A program made the position numbers and the translations under genes. From Actinomycetes bacterium (lineage in GTDB: Bacteria > Actinomycetota > Acidimicrobiia > Acidimicrobiales > Ilumatobacteraceae): a stretch of DNA of 59,545 nucleotides. Of the stretch, positions 8,273-15,969 are shown piece after piece (the stretch's first letter is position 1; each line of letters starts with the position of its first letter). Location: the NCBI GenBank assembly GCA_014190215.1, contig BJGB01000001.1:1-59545 (forward strand), in the 5' to 3' direction. The notes under the pieces were generated by a model, which saw only the letters and a list, made by a program, of their open reading frames with translations, was not told the DNA's origin and ran no database searches.

Positions 8273-9123
8273 CAGCCAAATCTTCCGTTGACGTAGTCAT
8301 TCGTCCGTGGATCAACTGGGTTACTGAAAATTTCTCGAGTTGCGCCTTCTTCAATGATGCGTCCAGGCTCGTTTTCAGCAGCCAAGAAGAAAGCGCAACG
8401 ATGCGAAACGCGCTGCGCTTGTTGCATGTTGTGGGTGACGATGACGACCGTGACCGTTTCGCTGATTTCGCTGATTGTCTGCTCAATACGCCGTGTTGAG
8501 GTTGGGTCAAGAGCCGAACACGGTTCATCCATAAGGAGGACTTGGGGACTCACCGCAAGAGAGCGAGCGATACACAGACGCTGTTGCTGGCCTCCTGACA
8601 AAGCCCGACCTGGGTCACCGAGGCGATTTTTTACTTCGTTCCATAGTCCGGCTTTAGTGAGACAAGATTCAATGAGGTGATCTCGCTCAGCACGGGTGAC
8701 CTTCATCCCGGACAACTTCAGACCGGCCACAACATTTTCAGCGACCGTCATGGCGGGGAAAGGGTTTGGCTTTTGGAAAACCATGCCGATACGACGTCGA
8801 ACGTCGGTCACAGGAATTGCTCCACGATAGATGTCGACGCCGTCAATGAGAATTTCACCGGCAAGAGTTGCTGATGGAACAAGTTCGTGCATGCGGTTGA
8901 GGGTTCGTAAGAAAGTGCTCTTTCCGCAACCAGAAGGTCCGATGAGAGCGGTGACTTGGCCTGGTGCCATGTCAAGGTTGACACCTTCAAGAACTTTTTT
9001 TGTTCCAAACCAGCAGGAAACGTTTGTCGCTGTTAATCCAGCGGCCTTATGCCCTGGGTCAAGTAGTGCAATGTCGCTTGACATTTGCGACTCCCTAGTG
9101 TGGGTGATATCGATCGACGTCAT
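8272..9123 (-). CDS. pstB: phosphate ABC transporter ATP-binding protein PstB
   Basis: GPSGCGKST Walker A, LSGGQQQRLCIARS signature, LLMDEPCSALDP Walker B, MVFQKPNPFP. Start taken at the ATG at 9123, which overlaps the pstA stop (ATGA). The track ORF extends to 9252. Confidence 0.95.
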   Translation of the reverse strand: MTSIDITHTRESQMSSDIALLDPGHKAAGLTATNVSCWFGTKKVLEGVNLDMAPGQVTALIGPSGCGKSTFLRTLNRMHELVPSATLAGEILIDGVDIYRGAIPVTDVRRRIGMVFQKPNPFPAMTVAENVVAGLKLSGMKVTRAERDHLIESCLTKAGLWNEVKNRLGDPGRALSGGQQQRLCIARSLAVSPQVLLMDEPCSALDPTSTRRIEQTISEISETVTVVIVTHNMQQAQRVSHRCAFFLAAENEPGRIIEEGATREIFSNPVDPRTNDYVNGRFG

Positions 9124-10256
9124 GCCAATCCCTTTCGTTGTAGTCGTCGCTTTTTCGAACGACTGATGTGATCTGGACCTCGTCCACCTATAGCTCGGGC
9201 GATGATGAAGAGCACCAGCACCAAGATGACTAGTACGAATGCTCCGGTCCACGCCCTCTGAACTTGCGCCTCTTGTGGAAATCGAATTAATCGGAAAACG
9301 AAGTACGGAAGGGAATCTTGTTTCCCAGAAAATGGATTTGCGTTCATCACGAAAGCTCCACCAACGGTGAGAATCAGTGGAGCAGTTTCACCAATGACAC
9401 GTGCCACTCCCAAAATAACTGCGGTGACGAGACCAGATCGTGCCGTCGGAAGAACGACGCGAGAGGTTGTACGCCATTCAGTGCCACCAAGAGCGAGGGA
9501 CGCTTCACGAAGTCCACCTGGTACGAGTCGTAACACCACTTCAGATGTGCGGGTAACCGTTGGCAAGAACAAAACAGCAAGAGCGAGGGAACCTGCCAGC
9601 CCATTTTGTTGATTACCCAGAGCCAAGATCCAGGCCGCATAAATGAATAGGCCGGCGACGATTGATGGAACAGCACTCATGGCATCAATGATTATTCGTA
9701 AAGGCTTGGCAAGACGACCATTCACCTCATTGAGGTATACGGCGGTGGTGATTCCGAGAGGAACAGAAATCAAACTTGCGAGCCCGACCTGTTGAAGTGT
9801 TCCGATAATCGCGTGGGCACCACCACCTTCAGTGGAATCGCTCAGTGCTCCGACGAATTTCTGATCTTGGGTGAAAAATTGCGGACGAAGTGAGTGGTAT
9901 CCCTTGCCGATGACATAGACCAAGACCAAGATCAGCGGCACAACTGCGGCCATACCACCAGTCCAGATGAAGGTTCGCGCCAAATGATCTTTGGCTTTGA
10001 CTGCGCCACGTAGTTCCCAAACTGCCACTGTGGAAATAATGTTGAAAAATACATACCAACACACCAAAAATCCAAGTACACCAGAAACTGGCAGCAAGAT
10101 TTGGAAGAAGAAGTAACTCAGTGCCAATGCCGAAACAGCAGAGCCACTCATCACGATGACATCGACTATTTCGATATCGCGAATCTTGATACGTTCTTCG
10201 GTGTTGATCTTGTCTTCGCTACTGTCGTTCAGAGTCCTGTTCAGAGTCGTTGTCAT
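9120..10256 (-). CDS. pstA: phosphate ABC transporter permease PstA
   Basis: Polytopic membrane protein with IIDAMSAVPSIVAGLF and an EAA-like loop (EASLALGGTEW). Start at the ATG at 10256, 2 nt after the pstC stop. Confidence 0.9.
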   Translation of the reverse strand: MTTTLNRTLNDSSEDKINTEERIKIRDIEIVDVIVMSGSAVSALALSYFFFQILLPVSGVLGFLVCWYVFFNIISTVAVWELRGAVKAKDHLARTFIWTGGMAAVVPLILVLVYVIGKGYHSLRPQFFTQDQKFVGALSDSTEGGGAHAIIGTLQQVGLASLISVPLGITTAVYLNEVNGRLAKPLRIIIDAMSAVPSIVAGLFIYAAWILALGNQQNGLAGSLALAVLFLPTVTRTSEVVLRLVPGGLREASLALGGTEWRTTSRVVLPTARSGLVTAVILGVARVIGETAPLILTVGGAFVMNANPFSGKQDSLPYFVFRLIRFPQEAQVQRAWTGAFVLVILVLVLFIIARAIGGRGPDHISRSKKRRLQRKGLA

Positions 10257-10257
10257 G

Positions 10258-11277
10258 TCAGATCTCCGTTGACGCGCCGGATCGGGACTTACTGACGACA
10301 GTTGATGCTGCGGCATTCACAATCAGAGTGATGACAAAAAGCACAAGACCAGCAGCCATCAGAGCGCTGATCCCAAAAGTGCTGGACTCGCTGAACTTGA
10401 GAGCGATTAAGGCGGCAATGCTATTCGACCCTTGGTCAAGGATTGACCACTTGGCATCAAAGGAAGGCGAGATGATCAACGTCACGGCGATCGTTTCTCC
10501 CATCGCTCTGCCGAGGCCGAGCATTGAGCCACCGATGATTCCACCGCGCCCGAAGGGTAAAACCACATCGCGTACGACGCCCCAGCGTGTCCCTCCGAGG
10601 GCCATCGCTCCTTCGCGCTCACCAGCGGGGGCCTGTGAGAAGACTTCGCGCATAACGACTGTGCAGATTGGGATGACCATCAGTGAGACAACCACGCCAG
10701 CCACGAAGGTTGAAGAAGGGAAGAGACCAAGCGACGTTCCGTACTGGTCGTCAACGGTGAAGAAGGGCACCCAACCGAGGTGATCAGCCATCCACTTTGA
10801 CAAGGTGATTAATCTTGGTTGCAAATAGAAGAGTCCCCAGAGGCCATAAATAAGGCTGGGAACAGCTGCCAACAGATCGATCATTGCCGTGAGTATCCGA
10901 CGCAGTTTTCGTGGGGCGTACTCGGTGATAAAGAGAGCGGTGCACAAAGCAACGGGTACCGCAATGACCAGTGCCACTAAAGCAATTTGGACGGTGTAGG
11001 GGAGCATTGCGGCGACACCGAAGGCACCACCTTGGTCTGGGGCCCAAGCTGATTCGGTAAGAAAACTCCAACCAGCGACACGAAGAGCGTCATACCCTTT
11101 CACCAGTAAAAAGGTTCCGATGAGACCCATTAAAATGAAGGTCGTCACACTTGCAGTAGTTGCAATTCCTCGAAAGATTTGGTCTGCGCGAGAGCGGCGA
11201 ACTACTGGGGTGAGAACGTCACTTGTGGAGGTCACCGGAGTGCCTTCAGACAAGATATTCTCGCTCATTGTTGCCAC
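10258..11277 (-). CDS. pstC: phosphate ABC transporter permease PstC
   Basis: ITEYAPRKLRRILTAMIDLLAAVPSLIYGLWG and REGAMALGGTRW are typical PstC motifs. Confidence 0.9.
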   Translation of the reverse strand: MATMSENILSEGTPVTSTSDVLTPVVRRSRADQIFRGIATTASVTTFILMGLIGTFLLVKGYDALRVAGWSFLTESAWAPDQGGAFGVAAMLPYTVQIALVALVIAVPVALCTALFITEYAPRKLRRILTAMIDLLAAVPSLIYGLWGLFYLQPRLITLSKWMADHLGWVPFFTVDDQYGTSLGLFPSSTFVAGVVVSLMVIPICTVVMREVFSQAPAGEREGAMALGGTRWGVVRDVVLPFGRGGIIGGSMLGLGRAMGETIAVTLIISPSFDAKWSILDQGSNSIAALIALKFSESSTFGISALMAAGLVLFVITLIVNAAASTVVSKSRSGASTEI

Positions 11278-11391
11278 AGAACAGTTCTACGACCGTTGCC
11301 TGAAATACAGTTAGCCGTTTTCTGAACAACAGGTTAATTCCACAAGAACGAACACCAAGTCTCTTCAGGACTGGAGGGTCCTCGTTCTAGC

Positions 11392-13353
11392 GTGTCGCAT
11401 GTGAACGGTCGGACAAAAATCTCAAGACCAGCGAGCAGGGTTGTGTTACGACAGCGCTTTGCTTTGATCCTGGGACTTTTGTCTGTTGGGATGATTAGCG
11501 TTTCTTTAGGTGGGCACCGGGTCAGCGCTGAGCCACCTGCCAGGGTCGACGCAGTCGGCGTAGGCACCGGTGGGCGAAGCGGTGTTGCGAGTCCTGGGAC
11601 TTTGTTGACGAACGAGGTGATAACGGTTTCTTGGAGTGGGTTTAATCCAACCCAACAGAATGGTAATTACGGTGTATTGATTGTCCAATGTAAGTCCAAC
11701 CCACTGTCAATGGCGGACTGCTTCACGGCCTTGCCTTATCCTGACTTGGCAAATGGAACGCGCGTCCTGAGCACCACAAACGGTGATGGGACTGGTGCCG
11801 CGCGAATCGAAATTCGAGCTACGAATTACCTTCCCTCACTTGCTTGTTCTTCAACTAATCCATGCTCAGTCATGGTTTATGAAAATGATGGTGTGCCAAT
11901 CTCTGCGGATGGTCTTCCAGCGAATCGGAACATTATTGACTTGACATTTGCTCAATCGCAAGCAGATTGTCCTGCCATTAGCGACTTCGATGTTCGCGCT
12001 GATGGGTCAGCAACCTCTGCGGAGCTGTTCTATGATTGGGCTGCCCGATTGTGCACTGGGAATAATTCTGTGGTCCTGGATTACACAGAGAATTCAAGTT
12101 CATCGGGTCGAGAAAATTTCTTAAATGGATTGACGGACTTTGGTGTCTCGGCTTTGCCTGCCACTGCCGAAGAGCTTGCTGCGCACCCTGAGTATCGCGA
12201 CTTCACTTATGTCCCACTCATGGCCAGCGCCGTTGTTATCGCCTACAACTTTGTTGATCCCTATACAGGAACTCAGTTGGACAATGTCGTGCTATCACCG
12301 CGATTAGTGGCCCGTATCATTACGAATAGCTCGTTAGAAACATTCTTTTTAGATCGCGAACTTTTGAGATTGAATCCAGGTGTTCGCTTTCCGACAGGGA
12401 CTCTTGCTAGACCACTTCTTCGAGCTGAACGAAATGCGGACACCCGAATTCTCACATCGTGGTTTTCATCTGACGCGGGTGCAAAATTATTTTTGGCGGG
12501 CGCCGATACATATCGAATTCCTGTCAATCTCGCCTATGCGGGGTACCCCTATCCACAGGATCTCTTCGAAACAGTGTCGTTAGACAGCGAATATTTTCCA
12601 CGACAAGGTCAACGCGCCAATGCGCTTCGTCTCTTTTATGGTGTGACCTCAAGAGGCATCTTTAAAGAAAATACAAGTTTGACCGGACTAGTCAGTATTT
12701 TAGATCTTCCCACGGCGAGACGATTTGGTTTAAAGGTTGCCAAATTGGCACAGAGCGATGGAACATCCTTGGCTCCTAGCGATGAGGCAATCCTCGCGGG
12801 TATTGACGACATGGATAGCTCTGCCGAGGGTGTCTTAGTGAGCGACCCAACACCCGAGGACCTCACTGCTTACCCATTAGTGAAAATTGATTACGCATTA
12901 GTCCCAAAAACAATAGGTGAACAGATCAAGTTAGAAAAAATAAAACGCGTCCTTAAATTTGCCCTGAACGATGGTCAGACCGGTCTACCGAGTGGCTACG
13001 TGGCCTTACCAGAGGCGATCAGGTTGGAAGGCATCAGTGCATTGAAAGAAGTATCTGGGACCACGACAACCGTGACGCCGACCACGGTGAAACCGTATCG
13101 TCCTCCCACGAACACTGTGGCGTCAGATACGTCTATGACGAGTACTACCGCGATACCAACCACGACAAGCACCACCACGACAAGCACCACCACGACAAGC
13201 ACACTGTCTCCGATAACGGTGCCCGTAGCAGTTGGTGGTTTGCCGAGTTCTGGTACATCTAAATCTGGGATTTTATTTGCAGGCTTGATTGGTTTATCTG
13301 GGGCAACACTGCTGGGAACCATCAGACCCCGTCAGAAAGCAAGACGTCGATGA
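11392..13353 (+). CDS. PstS-family (PBP-like-2) secreted protein with C-terminal LPSSG sorting-signal-like tail
   Basis: N-terminal signal/anchor. ADGSATSAELFYDW...LDYTENSSSSGRENFLNGLTDFGVSALP parallels the PstS signature. Thr-rich linker, then LPSSG (13240-13254), a hydrophobic stretch and RPRQKARRR. Confidence 0.7.
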   Translation: MSHVNGRTKISRPASRVVLRQRFALILGLLSVGMISVSLGGHRVSAEPPARVDAVGVGTGGRSGVASPGTLLTNEVITVSWSGFNPTQQNGNYGVLIVQCKSNPLSMADCFTALPYPDLANGTRVLSTTNGDGTGAARIEIRATNYLPSLACSSTNPCSVMVYENDGVPISADGLPANRNIIDLTFAQSQADCPAISDFDVRADGSATSAELFYDWAARLCTGNNSVVLDYTENSSSSGRENFLNGLTDFGVSALPATAEELAAHPEYRDFTYVPLMASAVVIAYNFVDPYTGTQLDNVVLSPRLVARIITNSSLETFFLDRELLRLNPGVRFPTGTLARPLLRAERNADTRILTSWFSSDAGAKLFLAGADTYRIPVNLAYAGYPYPQDLFETVSLDSEYFPRQGQRANALRLFYGVTSRGIFKENTSLTGLVSILDLPTARRFGLKVAKLAQSDGTSLAPSDEAILAGIDDMDSSAEGVLVSDPTPEDLTAYPLVKIDYALVPKTIGEQIKLEKIKRVLKFALNDGQTGLPSGYVALPEAIRLEGISALKEVSGTTTTVTPTTVKPYRPPTNTVASDTSMTSTTAIPTTTSTTTTSTTTTSTLSPITVPVAVGGLPSSGTSKSGILFAGLIGLSGATLLGTIRPRQKARRR

Positions 13354-14192
13354 TTACTCATCTCAAAGATGGCAATCGACGCGCCCGACTGCGTTGGGTG
13401 GGGAGCATTGTTTTGTGTGGCGTTCTTGGGTTATTCATCTACAACAAGGCGATGACGCCTCTGTCGCAAGATCGTGCCCAAGAACTCATGGAGAAAGATT
13501 TTGTTCCAGCACTGCTGAATGGTGAAGTTCCAGTCGGTTATCCCATCAGTAGGGGGACGGCAGTCGCGTTACTGGAAGTTGATGAGTTAGATCTTCGGGC
13601 TGTTGTTGTTGAAGGCACTCAAAGCGAAGACTTGGCAAAGGGTCCTGGGCACCTCGTCGGCTCAGCATTGCCGGGTCAGCCTGGCACCTCAGCGATTCTG
13701 GCTCACTCGAACACATACGGTTCGACGTTTGCTCGACTTAATGAATTGCGGCCTGGCAGTGATATTTCAGTGACCACGGGTCAAGGCAAGCACACCTACA
13801 AAGTCGTGGATTCAACTGTTCGTTCTGCGAGTGATTCAGCAGCTTTCCTTGGTGAACGCAATATGTTGTTGCTCATCACTGGCGCTGGGGGCACATCACC
13901 CAACCAAAGACTTGTTGTGCGCGCCGAGTTAACGTCTCCGGTTTTCCCCTCGGGTCTTGCTGACGAAAATGCGAACACTTCAACCAGCGAACTAGGACTT
14001 GAGGGTTCTTCACAAGCCCCAGGGCAAGTAGTTCTTTGGCTTCTATTTTTGCTTGTCTTACTATTGATTTCAACCCCGATCATTGACTTTGTCGGTTCGC
14101 GAGTGGGTTGGCTTCTTTGTGCTCCGGTGCTTCTCGTTGTCGCTCTTCAGATTTGGCGAAATGCGAGTTTGATGTTCCCCGCTATCGGTTAG
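13350..14192 (+). CDS. sortase (class E-like) homolog lacking the catalytic cysteine
   Basis: GPGH, ALPGQPG, AILAHSNTYGSTF, LRPGSDISV and LLLITGAGGTSPNQRLVVRAEL are collinear with the sortase E core. The TLxTC Cys position is GGC (Gly) at 13881-13883. The ATGA overlap with the upstream gene indicates coupling. Confidence 0.7.
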   Translation: MITHLKDGNRRARLRWVGSIVLCGVLGLFIYNKAMTPLSQDRAQELMEKDFVPALLNGEVPVGYPISRGTAVALLEVDELDLRAVVVEGTQSEDLAKGPGHLVGSALPGQPGTSAILAHSNTYGSTFARLNELRPGSDISVTTGQGKHTYKVVDSTVRSASDSAAFLGERNMLLLITGAGGTSPNQRLVVRAELTSPVFPSGLADENANTSTSELGLEGSSQAPGQVVLWLLFLLVLLLISTPIIDFVGSRVGWLLCAPVLLVVALQIWRNASLMFPAIG

Positions 14193-14308
14193 TTCGGAAC
14201 CAATTCGTCAGCCACTGTTTACCTTGCTGTTGCTTAGTGCTGACTTGGCATTCACTTACTGATGCCACGCTTTGCTCTGCTTATTCATAATCAACAAAGG
14301 AGAACCTT

Positions 14309-15937
14309 GTGAATTTCAAGAAGTTGTCAATGATGGCATTGTCCATCGCCTCACTCGCTGGGATGCTGGCCATTCCAAGCCAAGTCCACGCAGGAGCAGA
14401 TTCCTCGACCGGCGACATTTTGGGCGTGGCTGGATCCGATACCACCTACTATGTGATGAACGCTCTTGTGGATGCCCACAACCTGAGCACGCGGTATAAC
14501 CCGAATAAAGACAAGGCTGTCAACATTCCACCGTTGGTGAGTGCAAATGCCAACGTTGAAGTTGGTGAAGCCTCACTGGCAACTACCTCATGGCTTAAAG
14601 ATGCACGTTTGGCATGGCCAGGTGGAGCAGTACTCCCTGCCGATGCAAACTGCACGACGCAGTATGTATTTGGCGGCGCAGGATCTGTGGACACGCTTGG
14701 AGACGGAGACGTGTCTGGTACTTCTGCACCTGACATCGATGTCCCATTCACGCCAGTCACGTCGGTTCCTGGTGGACCATCAGGCAGTACCTACACCGTA
14801 AGACTTGGTGTGCAACCTCCGAACGGTTCAGGTGATGGACGTAACGCACTCAAAGGCTCGGCCGTCAAGGGTGTTACCTACAACACAATTACCAACGATT
14901 TTGCTTGCCTCGATATTGCTCGCTCATCGTCTTATCCAACGTCAAGCGATGTGCCGTCAAACCTCGAGGCCTGGGCCTTTGCGCTGGATGCCATTGGTTG
15001 GACATATTTTCCAGGAAACACCCACTCGTCGTCAATTGCTGCTGGTCTCACGACAACACAATTGAACAACATCTATCAGTGTGCAACCGCCAGCGTTGAC
15101 AACAGCACTCCGCCTGATGGTGATTACACCGATGTCGGCGATCAAAAAAATGGTTATCCGAAGTGGCGTTATTGGGGCGACATTAGTGGTGATAAAACCG
15201 ATACGACAGCCATCGCCGCGTATCGAGTTCAGGCAGGTTCTGGTACTGGAAAAGACATTGCACAAACGTTCATGGGACGCACCGACGGCATTGACTCAGA
15301 AGTGCTGAAGAACTGCGACAGTTCCACAAACAATACAGATTCGGATACGGCTACAACTTGGACTTTCCCCATTGTTCAAGAGCACGATTGCCGCAACGTC
15401 TCTGATGCCAATAAGCCCCATGCCATTTGCTGGTACGGATATAGCCGTTGGGTGCTTCAGTCCCGTTCGCTCGAAACAGATAAGCGTAATGGCGCGATCT
15501 TTGGCAAGTATGGAACTTCCACAACTGACATGAAGCGTCCTTCGTTCAGTTCAATCAACGACACTGCGAATCGTTACATGGGAACTCGTTGGATCTACAA
15601 CGTCATTCCACAGAATGCCAGTGCTGATGTTGGCCGCTCAGGGGACGCTCGTCGATTTGTTGGTGTCTCAAAGCAGTCTGCTGCTTGTGTCGCAGCGGCT
15701 GTAGCAAGTGTGATCAACGAGACAACGATGACACCAGCAACCGATTGCAACTTTGACGGTGACGTCACCGACACCAGTGTCGCTCTTGGCGGCGTACCTG
15801 GCTACATCTGTGGTGATGCTGTAGCTCGCCGGATCATCGCATCATTTGGCTTCAAGCCACTTGCAATGGGTACCACCGATTTGGCTAGTGCTGATTATGG
15901 CCAGTCCTACTGCCGTCGCAACAAGTCCGCATTCTGA
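14309..15937 (+). CDS. secreted PBP-like-2 (PstS-related) domain protein, Cys-rich
   Basis: GTG start after AAAGGAGA. Signal peptide ends in VHA. GVAGSDTTYYV and NGSGDGRNALKG...LDIARSSS resemble a divergent PstS-like signature. Confidence 0.55.
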   Translation: MNFKKLSMMALSIASLAGMLAIPSQVHAGADSSTGDILGVAGSDTTYYVMNALVDAHNLSTRYNPNKDKAVNIPPLVSANANVEVGEASLATTSWLKDARLAWPGGAVLPADANCTTQYVFGGAGSVDTLGDGDVSGTSAPDIDVPFTPVTSVPGGPSGSTYTVRLGVQPPNGSGDGRNALKGSAVKGVTYNTITNDFACLDIARSSSYPTSSDVPSNLEAWAFALDAIGWTYFPGNTHSSSIAAGLTTTQLNNIYQCATASVDNSTPPDGDYTDVGDQKNGYPKWRYWGDISGDKTDTTAIAAYRVQAGSGTGKDIAQTFMGRTDGIDSEVLKNCDSSTNNTDSDTATTWTFPIVQEHDCRNVSDANKPHAICWYGYSRWVLQSRSLETDKRNGAIFGKYGTSTTDMKRPSFSSINDTANRYMGTRWIYNVIPQNASADVGRSGDARRFVGVSKQSAACVAAAVASVINETTMTPATDCNFDGDVTDTSVALGGVPGYICGDAVARRIIASFGFKPLAMGTTDLASADYGQSYCRRNKSAF

Positions 15938-15969
15938 TCACTAACGCTACAAAGGAACAAGGAGACAAC

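Noticed and set aside
8272-9252. Long N-terminal extensions offered by the ORF track for pstB, pstA (to 10316), hbd (to 4684), the DLH gene (from 35138), ispD (from 36503), groEL (from 43646), the ATP-grasp gene (from 45228), hemQ (from 47046), udk (to 39787) and alkB (from 26797).
   Set aside because: The extensions overlap the preceding genes, lack homology-type sequence, and are followed by internal ATG starts. Those starts either have an SD-like motif or sit within a few nt of the preceding gene's stop, and they reproduce the canonical protein N-termini.
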